Assembly (NCBI GenBank): GCA_965237935.1
Contig: CBDEGW010000004.1
Coordinates: forward strand, 477,340 to 541,339
Direction: 5' to 3'
Source of the DNA: Dehalococcoidia bacterium
GTDB taxonomy: Bacteria; Chloroflexota; Dehalococcoidia; Lucifugimonadales; CBDEGW01
Length of the DNA: 64,000 nucleotides
Translations under genes and position numbers: made by a program
The notes under the pieces: generated by a model
What the model saw: the letters and a program-made list of their open reading frames with translations, nothing else
The model's database searches: none
Told to the model about the DNA's origin: nothing
Shown here: in pieces, positions 1 to 9,539 of the stretch
Numbering within the stretch: the stretch's first letter is position 1
Layout: each line of letters begins with the position of its first letter

Positions 1-576
1 CCCGCTGGCCCCGCCGTAGCGAACCCGGCTCACCGTTTCACGCAGGAAGTGGGCGGCGACGGCCAACAGCGGGTGATAGCCCCGCTTGCCGGTATAGCCG
101 TGGTGGCGTGCGTCCTCCTTGGCCAGTCCGTAGGTCTCGCAGATGGTGGAGTCCAGGTCAATGGTCAGGGGCCCGTCGCCGGGTCCCGCCCCGGCCTGCC
201 AAGCCCGGGCCAGCAACTCGCGGCTCACCCGGTCGAGTTGACGGACGTGGCCCCACCGGAAGCTGCGCAGGAAGGTGCCCAGGGTGGATGGCGCCTTGAC
301 CGTGCCGCCCAGGGTGCAGGCCGTCCCCCCGGTGCGCAACACATCGGCGTCGTCAATGCAGTCGCCCCCAGCCAGCGCAGACGCCACCAGCATCATCATC
401 TTGTCGCTCGTGTTCGCCCGCCCCGGGGCATCGCCCAGGTCGAGGCGCTGCCGGACGAGTTCGGGCAGGCCGAGGTGCCGCGCCAGGGTGGCCGGAAGGA
501 GCAGCCCGGCATTGGCCACCAAGCGGCGGTCGTCGAAGGTGATTTGGATCCGGTCGGGGTGGTTACGTGGTAGCAT
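1..576 (-). CDS. IS1380-family transposase, N-terminal part (partial)
   Basis: Minus-strand ATG at 576 reads MLPRNHPDRIQITFDDRRLVANAG, homologous to 40376-41701 (MLPQNKPDRIRILFDDHRLVANAG). Not in the ORF track because it has no stop inside the window. Confidence 0.88.
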   Translation of the reverse strand, partial: MLPRNHPDRIQITFDDRRLVANAGLLLPATLARHLGLPELVRQRLDLGDAPGRANTSDKMMMLVASALAGGDCIDDADVLRTGGTACTLGGTVKAPSTLGTFLRSFRWGHVRQLDRVSRELLARAWQAGAGPGDGPLTIDLDSTICETYGLAKEDARHHGYTGKRGYHPLLAVAAHFLRETVSRVRYGGASG

Positions 577-697
577 CTATCGGGTGCTCCTTTTCCGGGG
601 TCGGTTTTTTGCTACAAAACCATTATCCCAGAAGCACAGGAGCACCTTCTTGCCGCTTCAGGACGCTAACCCGACGCCCTCCTTCGGTGGATTCGGG
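1..697 (-). mobile_element. IS1380-family element, left part (runs off the window start)
   Basis: Terminal IR CCCGAATCCACCGAAGGA on the minus strand ends at 697 and is the same IR as the complete copy at 40255-41958. Outer flank is CTTAC (GTAAG on the element strand). Confidence 0.9.
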
Positions 698-752
698 CTT
701 ACACTATGGAACGCATCTGAAACAGTCATTGCTAGAGGGAGGTCGCTGGACC

Positions 753-2462
753 ATGCTTTTGAGAATTAGCCGATTCGCAATCCCAATTATGCTCGTCGCA
801 CTGCTGGCTGTGACCGCGTGCGGTGGCTCGGACGAATCCACAGGATGGGATTTGCTTCGCAGCAGTGACGAATCTGCTGGGCATCCGGGTGTGCCGGGTG
901 TGCCGGGTGCACCGGGTGTGCCGGGGGCGCCAGCAGCCCCCGCAGCAGCAGCGGCTCCGGCACCTAGGGAAGTAGTCGTGAAGAAGGCCATGGCGGCACC
1001 TGCCGCTGCACCGGCGGCCCCTGCGCAACCGCCGGCCCCCACGTCAGCTTCGGCCCCCGCTCCTAGGTTAGTGAGAGTTTCAGAACAAGCTGCTGCGGCC
1101 GACATCGAGGCTCCGTCGGAAACGCTCGCGCAACCCGTAAATCAGGAGCGGATCATCGTACGCACTGTCGAGGCCACGATTGTGGTGACCGAAGTGCAGG
1201 GCTCAATGGACCGGATCACGGCGATGGTCAGAGGGCTGGGCGGTTGGGTCGTATCCACCAATCGATTCGAGAAGCACCGTGGATTCATCTCCTTCCGTGT
1301 TCCGGCTGAAGCCCTGGATAAGGCGACCGCGCGTCTGAGGGAGATGGCCGTCGAGGTCAAAGCGGAGGTCTCTGACAGCCGAGACGTGACCGATGAGTAC
1401 TTCGACCTGAGGGCGCGGCTGGACAATCAGAAGGCCACGGAAGAGGCGCTGCTCAAGCTATTGGGGCGCGCCGAGACCGTCGAGGCCGCTTTGAAGGTCC
1501 AGCAGACCTTGACCGGAGTCCAGGAAGAGGTTGAGCGCCTGCAGGGTAAGATCAAGCTTCTTGAGGAGACTTCGGCGTTTTCGCTGGTGAGCGTCAACTT
1601 AGAGCTTGAGCCAGTTGACATGGCGGTGGAGAAGATAGCAGACAAGACGACCGGTGTCGGCGAGAGGGTCAGGTTCCGTGCCTTTTTCAAGCCGCCCGAG
1701 GGGATCGAGGACTTCAGCTACACGTGGGACTTCGGTGACGGTGAGAGCATTCGCGGCCATCAGACGGCGCCAACGGAGGAAGAAGATACCCGGGTCACGG
1801 CGACTGTGACCCATAGGTACAGAGACGAAGAGGACTCGCCATACATCGTTCAGTTCGAGATACAGGGCAGCGGCGAAGCGGGTGCCGCCGAAGGCGATAC
1901 GACCCTGATGGTCGAGGTCACCAGGATTCCCGACATCGTTGTCTTCGCCGGCGAGAGTATCGCTGTGGACGAGGGCGAGGAGGTCGAGTTCAGTGGGTCC
2001 TTCACTCGGCCGCTGGGTCTGAACGAGGTCGAGTACAGGTGGGACTTCGGCGACGGCTCCGAGCCTGCCACGGGAATGCTGGGAGTGGGGATCACCACCG
2101 CCGTAGCGACTCATGTCTATGAGCACCACCGGCCTTTCTCGTATCAGGCGACGCTTACGATAACGGCCGAGAGTGAGGCGGGTACTGTGGAGGACTCCAG
2201 CTCGCTCGACGTAAGGGTTAGAGAGATGCCGGGCTGGGTCATCACGGGTTTGAGCTTCAGCGACCAGGGCAAGACCGCTGTGAGGATCCTGTCCGCGGTT
2301 GGTCAGGGGGCACTGATCGGAGTCATCTGGGTGGCCATACTCAGTCCTGCGTGGCTGGTCGTTGGAGGCGGAGGCTACTGGCTGATACGCAGGTACAAGG
2401 GCCGGCGGCGTAGCACGTCCGCTGGCTCCTCCGACGTTCGCGAATCGCAGGGCGAGCAGTAG
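753..2462 (+). CDS. DUF4349-domain lipoprotein with two PKD domains and a C-terminal TM helix
   Basis: RBS GAGGGAGG then ATG 753; lipobox AVTAC; (GxP)n and Ala/Pro linker (9-bp repeats 885-929); DUF4349 core (RIIVRT...DVTDEYFDLRARL...); two WDFGDG PKD motifs; hydrophobic C-terminal helix. Confidence 0.8.
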   Translation: MLLRISRFAIPIMLVALLAVTACGGSDESTGWDLLRSSDESAGHPGVPGVPGAPGVPGAPAAPAAAAAPAPREVVVKKAMAAPAAAPAAPAQPPAPTSASAPAPRLVRVSEQAAAADIEAPSETLAQPVNQERIIVRTVEATIVVTEVQGSMDRITAMVRGLGGWVVSTNRFEKHRGFISFRVPAEALDKATARLREMAVEVKAEVSDSRDVTDEYFDLRARLDNQKATEEALLKLLGRAETVEAALKVQQTLTGVQEEVERLQGKIKLLEETSAFSLVSVNLELEPVDMAVEKIADKTTGVGERVRFRAFFKPPEGIEDFSYTWDFGDGESIRGHQTAPTEEEDTRVTATVTHRYRDEEDSPYIVQFEIQGSGEAGAAEGDTTLMVEVTRIPDIVVFAGESIAVDEGEEVEFSGSFTRPLGLNEVEYRWDFGDGSEPATGMLGVGITTAVATHVYEHHRPFSYQATLTITAESEAGTVEDSSSLDVRVREMPGWVITGLSFSDQGKTAVRILSAVGQGALIGVIWVAILSPAWLVVGGGGYWLIRRYKGRRRSTSAGSSDVRESQGEQ

Positions 2463-2521
2463 GTGGCTCTAGAGATGTGGGTTAGCAAGTTCGAGGTGAC
2501 CCGAGTCAGCGAGGTGTCGAC

Positions 2522-2863
2522 ATGCTTATAGTTTTGTCACTGAACGTGATCGTGTTTATTGCGATCGCCGTTGCACTCTTCTGGAAGTACCGCCTCACTC
2601 GAGACGCCAGCTTCCTCTGGTTCAGCGCCGCGATCGTCGTGTGGCCGCTCGTTAGCGCCGGAGTAGTGTTTGGGATGGACCGGCTGAGTTCAGAGTCGGT
2701 GCCTTTCTCCCTTAGCCCGGGCGAATTCGTTGCTGGCATGCTATACATTCTCGAGTTGATCGAGCGGATTCTGTTCTTGGTCGCGATCATCTACCTGTAC
2801 AGGGGCCGAGTCCTCGACGTGAGGGAAGAAGACTCATCACAACCGGTCCCGGCGATGCCCTAG
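2522..2863 (+). CDS. small integral membrane protein (about 3 TM helices)
   Basis: Three hydrophobic stretches; co-oriented with the DUF4349 gene. Confidence 0.6.
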   Translation: MLIVLSLNVIVFIAIAVALFWKYRLTRDASFLWFSAAIVVWPLVSAGVVFGMDRLSSESVPFSLSPGEFVAGMLYILELIERILFLVAIIYLYRGRVLDVREEDSSQPVPAMP

Positions 2864-2931
2864 GTAAGAGGTGGTCTCGTTTGTCTGAACAGCGCTGCCC
2901 GGTTTGATAAGTGGAATCGCGCTGCCGTGCG

Positions 2932-3759
2932 TTAGGCCGCCGCGGACTCGGCAGGCGCTCTGTCAAAGAACTGGTCCGGCGTCATTCCCCCAAGGCTCGA
3001 ATGGGGCCGTCCGGCATTGTAAAACTCGAAGTACCGCCCGAGTCCAGTTCTGGCTTCCGGGACCGATTCGTAGGCTCTCAGGTACACCTCCTCGTACTTG
3101 ACGCTCTTCCACAGTCGTTCGACGAACACGTTATCCTTCCAGCTCCCCTTCCCGTCCATACTGATCTGGATCTCACTGGCTTTCAGCAGGCCGGTGAAGG
3201 CATCACTTGTGAACTGGCTTCCCTGATCTGTGTTGAATATCTCCGGCGCGCCGTGGCGTCCCAGGGATTCTTCGAGCGCCTCCACGCAGAAGTCTGTGTC
3301 CATTGTGACCGATACCCGCCAGGCCAGCACCTTGCGGCTATGCCAGTCCATCACTGCGGCTAGGTACACGAACCCCCTGGCCATCGGAATGTACGTGATA
3401 TCCATTGCCCACACCTGGTTGGGCCTGCTCACCTCAAGCCCACGCAGCAGGTACGGATACACCGTATGGCCGGGCCGTCGCCGGCTGGTGTTGGGCTTGC
3501 GGTACAGCGCCTCGATGCCCATCCGCCGCATCAGTGTGGCGATGTGTCTACGCCCGGAGGAGAGTCCCTCCTGGCGGAGCAGGCCTCGCATCATCCTACT
3601 GCCTGCAAACGGATACTCAAGGTGCAGCTCATCGATGCGGCGCATCAGTCCGAGACCGGCTTCGCCCACCGACCGTGGCCGGTAGTAGATGCTCCCGCGG
3701 CTGATGCCCACTGCCTTTGCCTGGCTGGCGAGAGGCAGCTTGTGATCGCGGTCGATCAT
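2932..3759 (-). CDS. IS3 transposase OrfB (rve/DDE integrase core)
   Basis: [31 protein letters not shown] motifs. Confidence 0.95.
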   Translation of the reverse strand: MIDRDHKLPLASQAKAVGISRGSIYYRPRSVGEAGLGLMRRIDELHLEYPFAGSRMMRGLLRQEGLSSGRRHIATLMRRMGIEALYRKPNTSRRRPGHTVYPYLLRGLEVSRPNQVWAMDITYIPMARGFVYLAAVMDWHSRKVLAWRVSVTMDTDFCVEALEESLGRHGAPEIFNTDQGSQFTSDAFTGLLKASEIQISMDGKGSWKDNVFVERLWKSVKYEEVYLRAYESVPEARTGLGRYFEFYNAGRPHSSLGGMTPDQFFDRAPAESAAA

Positions 3760-4061
3760 CGCCTTGCGCCCGGCAATCCCGCCTTCGTGAGCGCGGCCTC
3801 TAAAAAATCGTTCTCCAACGCAAGCTCACCGATCTTAGCGTGAAGGGCCTTCATATCTACCGGCTTTTCAGCCTGCCCTGTCCCGGCGCCAAATAACTGC
3901 GCCGCCCGATCCAGCAACTGGGTCTTCCATTGCGTGATCTGGTTCGGGTGCACGTCGAACTGGCTTGCCAGTTCCGAAAGTGTCCGGTCGCCGCGCACTG
4001 CGGCAAGAGCCACCTTCGCCTTGAACTCTGCCGAGTGGTTACGGCGGGGTCGTCTGCTCAT
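3756..4061 (-). CDS. IS3 transposase OrfA (HTH)
   Basis: [13 protein letters not shown]...ENDFL; T6 run near the OrfA/OrfB junction; ATGA overlap with OrfB. Confidence 0.93.
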   Translation of the reverse strand: MSRRPRRNHSAEFKAKVALAAVRGDRTLSELASQFDVHPNQITQWKTQLLDRAAQLFGAGTGQAEKPVDMKALHAKIGELALENDFLEAALTKAGLPGARR

Positions 4062-4236
4062 CTCTCGCTCCTGTCTCCGAGAGCACTATCATGCCCTCAA
4101 CCAGGCAGCGATTCCACTTATCCCCCTGTTCAGATTTCCGGAGCCACTTCTGTAGGCTGCGGAATGGAACAAGCCGACCACGCTTTTCGTCACTACTACT
4201 GAAGATCAGAGAATAATTGGACGAGGAGCAACGGAA

Positions 4237-4395
4237 ATGAATACGAGAATGGGGATAACCACCTCGCTAGTCGTAAGCCTTTTGCTGTTGGCGATCATCG
4301 CGTGTGCGGAGACGGCTCCGTCTCCTACACCGGCCCGTACTGTGGTCTTGCAAATCGCAACGTCCAGCTACGGCCACCGTGTGGGCTCTCAATGA
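4237..4395 (+). CDS. 52-aa lipoprotein-like ORF, possibly a truncated gene
   Basis: RBS GAGGAG, ATG 4237, signal peptide with lipobox IIAC, then ETAPSPTP; TGA at 4393-4395. Below the ORF-track length cutoff. Confidence 0.4.
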   Translation: MNTRMGITTSLVVSLLLLAIIACAETAPSPTPARTVVLQIATSSYGHRVGSQ

Positions 4396-4506
4396 AGCTG
4401 AGCTATATTTGAGACCGAAAGTACCGAGTTAGCGTTTGTGCGGCTGTAGTACTAGGCGGGGGCGGAGCGTGAGCGTGCCATCAGCAACCCGGTGGCGTTC
4501 ATCCTT

Positions 4507-5505
4507 TTACTTAGGCTCGTCCGAATCGCCGGAATATAGAGATAGCCATACATGCCTCCAACCCTCGTGCGAGGGCGCCACCACCAGCTTGCCGTGCCAC
4601 AGCAGCCCCTCGCCGTCGAGGACGGTCCAGGAGAACCAGCCAAATTCTCCGGAGGAGCCTTCGTCGAGAATATCCCAACTCGGATGCTTCAGACCGTCGC
4701 GGTAGACGCGCACCAACTCGGCGCCCGCCGCGTCCGTCTCCAGCTCGGCATAAATGCTGACTAGATTGGGGCCACCTGCCATAGAGCCGCTGCTGCTGAA
4801 GCTGGAACCGAAAGTTTCAGTACTGAAACCGCCGTGCACGACCCTGGTTCCCGGCACTGCCGCAAGAATATCCTCGCGCCGTTCCAGGTCCAGGCCGGGA
4901 ATCTGCGGGAATTGGCGCTCGCGGCCTTCGGGTCCAGAGGGCCGTTCAGATGCGACATACGGGCAGCTTTCAGCGGTCAAACCGGCAGGGAAACCTGCCC
5001 GCCACTCTCCTTCTTCCAGCGCCACGGGCCACGGAAAAGATAAAGGCACCTCTGGCCCCCCGGCATGCTGCCTGGCGGTTATTTCGGCAAAGGCCCGGCT
5101 GGGGTCGGCAACATCCAGAAACACCGAGCGCACTTCGGCCTCCGCTAAGAACTCCTCACCTTGGTCGAGCCAGGACTGCAATCCTTCCAACCCGCAACTC
5201 CCGGCCAACTGTCGCGTCAAAAAGGAATGGAAAAGCGCAGCGTCCCTCTCCCGGAGCGCCCGGTTCCAATTATCGAAGAGCTGCTGCACCGCATCCTTAA
5301 CCTCATCATCGCCGTGCCTCTCGGCGACAGTCGCCTCGGAAGCCGGAGGCGTGACAACTTCCGTTGCCACAGGCTCAAGCCCCATAGTTGGCGTCGGCAT
5401 TGGCGTCTGCCCGCAGGCCAGCAACATAAGCAGCGCGGAAAGGAGTATCACCAGCGCAGGCAGCCTGGAAATCACGGGAGGCACTTTGCAGCCACTTGGG
5501 ATCAT
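4507..5505 (-). CDS. putative lipoprotein (Pro/Thr linker, possible NTF2-like domain)
   Basis: Lipobox LLAC, TPMPTPT linker, helix VQQLFDNWNRALRERDAALF typical of NTF2/SnoaL-like folds. Confidence 0.6.
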   Translation of the reverse strand: MIPSGCKVPPVISRLPALVILLSALLMLLACGQTPMPTPTMGLEPVATEVVTPPASEATVAERHGDDEVKDAVQQLFDNWNRALRERDAALFHSFLTRQLAGSCGLEGLQSWLDQGEEFLAEAEVRSVFLDVADPSRAFAEITARQHAGGPEVPLSFPWPVALEEGEWRAGFPAGLTAESCPYVASERPSGPEGRERQFPQIPGLDLERREDILAAVPGTRVVHGGFSTETFGSSFSSSGSMAGGPNLVSIYAELETDAAGAELVRVYRDGLKHPSWDILDEGSSGEFGWFSWTVLDGEGLLWHGKLVVAPSHEGWRHVWLSLYSGDSDEPK

Positions 5506-5731
5506 CGCTTGCCTTCTGGGCTGGCATCAGCAGGACTCATGCTTTCTGCGGCTGCGGGCTGTCTCAGACAAAGAATCTCTGTTGCTCCTTGCGCAGAGCG
5601 TTGACCATACACCCCGCAGTCAAGCGCAACGGTAACACCGCCGCAATGCCTCCATCTACACGTGACGACCGTGCTGTGCCCAGCAACTAGCTCACTCGAG
5701 CGGGGATGGCGCTTCCTGGATTCAGCTCAAC

Positions 5732-5827
5732 TGAGGTGGTACCCAAAAACTAGACAACTGGCTAAGAGAGAGTCCAGCTCCTAAAATAACCGGCAACTAA
5801 CCGACGTGGAGGAGCAGGACATGAAGC
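5732..5827 (+). repeat. 96-bp duplicated left end of the IS3 type B element
   Basis: Identical to 5828-5923 (TGAGGTGGTACCC...GGACATGAAGC). Confidence 0.95.
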
Positions 5828-5916
5828 TGAGGTGGTACCCAAAAACTAGACAACTGGCTAAGAGAGAGTCCAGCTCCTAAAATAACCGGCAACTAACCGA
5901 CGTGGAGGAGCAGGAC

Positions 5917-6201
5917 ATGAAGCAGACGAGGAATAAGCACAGTCCGGCGTTCAAGGCCAAGGTGGCCCTGGCCGCCCTTGCGGGGGAAGAGACCATCGCC
6001 CAGCTGGCCAGCCGATTTGAGGTCCATCCCAGTCAGATTCACGCCTGGAAAAGGGCCCTGGTGGAAGGAGCCCCGGAGCTATTTGCCACCAATCAGAAAT
6101 CCCAGGAGAAAGCCAAGGAAGCTCAGATTAACCACCTCTACCGGCACATCGGCCAGCTGAAGGTGGAACGCGATTTTTTGTCGGAAAGGTCCGGTCTATG
6201 A
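5917..6201 (+). CDS. IS3 transposase OrfA
   Basis: [31 protein letters not shown]...ERDFL; T6 run near the junction. Confidence 0.93.
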   Translation: MKQTRNKHSPAFKAKVALAALAGEETIAQLASRFEVHPSQIHAWKRALVEGAPELFATNQKSQEKAKEAQINHLYRHIGQLKVERDFLSERSGL

Positions 6202-7133
6202 GTCGCAGCATACGGCGAGCCATGATAGACCGAGACCACCAGCAGCTGTCTTTGGTGCGTCAATGTATCCTGCTGGACGTCAGCCGGGCCTCGGTGTACT
6301 ACCGGCCGGTACCGACCAGGGCAGAAGACCTGGAGTTGATGGCCCTGATGGACCGTCAGTATTTGAAGACCCCCTTCTACGGCTCCAGGAAGATGAAGGC
6401 CTGGCTGCTGCAACAGGGCTATCTGGTGAGCCGAAAAAGGGTTCGAAGGCTGATGCGGTTGATGGGTCTGGAAGCGATCTACCGGCGTCCCAACACCAGC
6501 AAACCAGCGCCGGGACACCGGATCTTTCCCTATCTGCTGAAGGGAGTGGAGGTTAATCGGGTCGACCAGGTCTGGGCCGCGGACATCACCTACATCCCCA
6601 TGGCGAAGGGCTTCCTGTACCTGGTGGCCATCATGGACTGGCACAGCCGGCACGTGCTGGCCTGGAAGCTCTCCAACACCATGGACACCAGCTTCTGCGT
6701 GGCGGCGTTGGAGGAAGCCCTGGGTAAGGGACGACCGGAGATATTCAACACCGACCAAGGGAGTCAGTTCACCAGTGAGGCCTTTACCCAGACGTTGCAG
6801 GAGCAGAGGGTCCAGGTCAGCATGGATGGTAAGGGTAGGTACCTGGACAACATCTTCGTGGAGCGGCTGTGGCGGAGCATCAAGTACGAGGAGGTGTATC
6901 TGAAAGCTTACCAGACCGTCGCCGAGGCCCGAACTGGGATCAATGCCTACCTGGAGTTCTACAACCGGCAGAGGCCTCACCAGGCTTTGGGCTACCGGAC
7001 CCCAGCAGAGGTGTACCAACATGGCCAGGAAGAAAGGGGAGCAGCAGCTGAAGAAGCAGGGCTGCCATCGGGCTTGGTGAAACCTAGCGCAGGGGTGGGA
7101 GACTCTCTTAATTTAGCCCTCGTGCTGTCTTAA
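6198..7133 (+). CDS. IS3 transposase OrfB
   Basis: [31 protein letters not shown]. Confidence 0.95.
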   Translation: MSRSIRRAMIDRDHQQLSLVRQCILLDVSRASVYYRPVPTRAEDLELMALMDRQYLKTPFYGSRKMKAWLLQQGYLVSRKRVRRLMRLMGLEAIYRRPNTSKPAPGHRIFPYLLKGVEVNRVDQVWAADITYIPMAKGFLYLVAIMDWHSRHVLAWKLSNTMDTSFCVAALEEALGKGRPEIFNTDQGSQFTSEAFTQTLQEQRVQVSMDGKGRYLDNIFVERLWRSIKYEEVYLKAYQTVAEARTGINAYLEFYNRQRPHQALGYRTPAEVYQHGQEERGAAAEEAGLPSGLVKPSAGVGDSLNLALVLS

Positions 7134-7183
7134 TAATGGGGTCCACCTTACTTGTGAAACGTATGCCGTGGTGACCATCTACC

Positions 7184-7660
7184 TTGGGAATGACTACTGT
7201 ACCTTGCTGTTTAGACATGAGACCTTCTCCTACGCTTAAGCTACGCGACCCTAGGCGGCGCAAAACGCTCCAGACTATGATACGGCACGCAGCGTCTATT
7301 TCGTCTGTTCACCCACCCTGTATTACTTTCTACATGTCTCTCAAGGCTGATCAGCTCGTCAAACATGCCCTGGCCTTGCAGACACGAACTAGGCTTGGCA
7401 AGGAATATGCGGCTCTGTCGCCCATCCTCTTCTACCTGTATGCCGAACCTGACCTCTTGCCTAATTCAAACAAGCCCATTGACGATGAGGCGAAAGCCGC
7501 TCATCGAGATGAAATCAAGCAATTCAAGAAGAGCGTCGAGGGAGACGAGGTAAGATTCGTTGCCTGCACGTATCGCGACCTGCTGGCGACGTGGGAGCGC
7601 AGTGAAAACCCGGAGGTACGAGAGCACGCCAAGGCCGTAGCTTGTCGCTTCTCGCCCTAA
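7184..7660 (+). pseudogene. C-terminal fragment of a putative restriction endonuclease (PGN_0703-like)
   Basis: LKADQLVKHALAL...LFYLYAEP...HRDEIKQF...RFVACTYRDL resembles this family from memory; the 5' part is cut by the IS3 right end. Confidence 0.45.
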
Positions 7661-7853
7661 TACAGACTGGACAAATCGAGAACCTTCAGCCTGTGGTTCC
7701 GTTCGCCCGTGTGGAATGTGGCCCGTTCCCCCGGGCACGGATAATCGTGCGAACAAGAGAGTGATCAGAAACCGTATGGCTTGATCAAAGGAAGCAGGGG
7801 ATGGGGATTCTGATACACCCATCCAGCAGGGAGATCGGAATAAACGTCTATGG

Positions 7854-8546
7854 TTGTCCGTCAGATGGCTGGCCACCCCTCCAAATCAAGGCCTTGTGGG
7901 TGGAATAGTCGACGACGCCAGTCAGATTTGGCGGGTCGTTGGGACTGGCAAGCCGCAAGACCCGGCCAGCGCGAAATGCTTGCAAGGCGTAAACAACCTG
8001 AAAGCAAGGGCCGGTCACCTGCTTATCACTGATGGACAACGCAACACCACCGCGCGTCTAACAGCAGTAGCAAGCGATAGCACCTACGTGGGAGTGGGCT
8101 GGATGCCCGTCACAAGATTCTCGCCAGAAGAGTCGAAGGCAATCGCGGTGTTCCTTAACTCCACGATAGGCCGAATACAAATTATGTCCAACGCGGGCCG
8201 AACATTGGAATTCCCAATGTACAGGCCAGCGACATACGCGAACATCCGCATCCCCGACATCAAGAGCGCCCGCATCCGCGACATCCTGGCCGATTGCTGG
8301 GAGCGCACCAAGGACATGGATGTGCCGCAGTTCCGCGACGGAGAGTGCGAAGTCCGCTGCCTGTGGGACGAGGCTGTCGCTGAGGCAATGGGCTGGGACG
8401 CGGATGAGCTGGCACGCCTGCGCAACCTACTTCACAACGAGCCCCACGTTCGGGGTCTTGGCTACAACCAGTATGCCGACGAAGTAGCCGATTCCGAGGA
8501 CGTTGATGACGATATTGACGATGAGTCTACCGACGACCAGGATTAG
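7854..8546 (+). pseudogene. C-terminal fragment of a restriction-modification methyltransferase/specificity fusion (type IIG-like)
   Basis: KAIAVFLNSTIGRIQ...IRIPDIK...LWDEAVAEAMG...LHNEP resembles target-recognition C-termini; no methyltransferase motifs in the window; acidic tail. Confidence 0.45.
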
Positions 8547-8851
8547 GGTTGCCCCTAGTGGCACCTGAAACAGCTCGATTCCCTCAAGTCTCATACTTTC
8601 ATCACGGCCGAACTAGCTGGCACCGCTGGTAATGCACACGCCACGGTCAACCACACCCTGACGGACCGGTCGGCTGTCGGTATCGGCGGACGGGTAAGCC
8701 ACGGTACCCCCCAACTGTCGTTGGGAGGAATGGCTACTAGCTTTGACAGCAGACTCGCGTGCTCATCATATAGCAGAATTCCCAGTGGCCGTCGGTCCCT
8801 CGCTCTTGCTCTTACTGTCTGACATCATCTTGAACTAATCCCTAATAGTAC

Positions 8852-8880
8852 TTGACATTGTCATCTTCCTATGCTATGGT
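8852..8880 (+). promoter_or_regulatory. sigma70-type promoter of the QueC operon, with an overlapping palindrome
   Basis: TTGACA (8852-8857), 17-bp spacer, TATGGT (8875-8880); palindrome TGACA-T-TGTCA at 8853-8863; RBS GGGAGG upstream of ATG 8902. Confidence 0.65.
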
Positions 8881-8901
8881 GCTGAATGGGAGGGCTACAC
8901 A

Positions 8902-9539
8902 ATGCCAGACTTAGACCGCTTCGAGAGAACCTTCCAAGTCGGAGGATGGCGAGGTGCCTACCGGCTGGCCCGAGAAAGGGTCGCCTCTACGGAGGAGGTC
9001 GGCGACAAGCTGGTGAAATCTCTCGCCAAGACCCTACGCGCAAACGGGGGTGTACCCGAACTACCAGCAATGGCTGAAATCGTCGAATCGTCAAACGGGA
9101 CTTCGCTTCTGGAGCGGTTCAGTGCCTGGATGCCATCGTACGGGCTCAAGATGGACATCGCCCTACCAAAATCGCTGCTGGCGTTGCGAAGACCTTCCTC
9201 GTCCAGCAGGATGCGGCTAACGGAGGGTCCGTACCCAGCAATGCAGTTAGTCGATTTGGCGAGGAGGTATGTGCTGCCCTCGTGGAGCACTACTTCTTTG
9301 CCAACGCGCGCCAACACCTGATTACCCAGGACAGGTTGGCGAACCATGAAGAGGCCCGACGGTGGCAGGGCGAGGTGGAACAAGCCATCCGGCCGGACAT
9401 TGAGAAGGTCGCTCGCCAGCTTGTTCAGGACCCTGGCGCCAACTACCTGCGGGCTCCAAAGGGCATCGTGAAGAAGGAGTCTACCAGCACTCTTCTCGAA
9501 GAAGAGTTGGTCCACTCCCGGCCTGGGGTGCCAGCGTGA
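8902..9539 (+). pseudogene. hypothetical QueC-partner protein (about 212 aa), broken by a 1-bp frameshift near 9125
   Basis: Frame 1 reads MPDLDRF...LLERFSA; the second frame is open from 9078 to 9539 (LDAIVRAQDGH...PGVPA). Adding one C at GCC|TGGAT fuses them (SALDAIVR). The stop overlaps the GTG start of the QueC gene (GTGA). Confidence 0.7.

Larger units (their letters stand above)
2867..4151 (-). mobile_element. IS3-family element (type A), complete
   Basis: Imperfect terminal IRs AGAGGTGG...TCTGAACAG / AGAAGTGG...TCTGAACAG, subterminal IR GATAAGTGGAATCGC, 3-bp target duplication GTA (2864-2866 and 4152-4154). Confidence 0.88.
5828..7150 (+). mobile_element. IS3-family element (type B), complete, copy 1
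   Basis: Ends TGAGGTGG... / ...CCACCTTA; appears identical to the inverted copy at 27539-28861; no target duplication. Confidence 0.93.

Noticed and set aside
567-752. N-terminal extension of the DUF4349 ORF as given in the track
   Set aside because: It reads out of the IS1380 end; the RBS and signal peptide support a start at 753.
8886-9539. Single ORF starting MGG with an in-frame TGA at 9075 (selenocysteine or a Gly-start QueC substrate)
   Set aside because: The first 63 codons are Arg-rich shadow-frame sequence with no RBS. The MPD frame has a good RBS and joins by a 1-bp repair, and no SECIS-like hairpin is evident.
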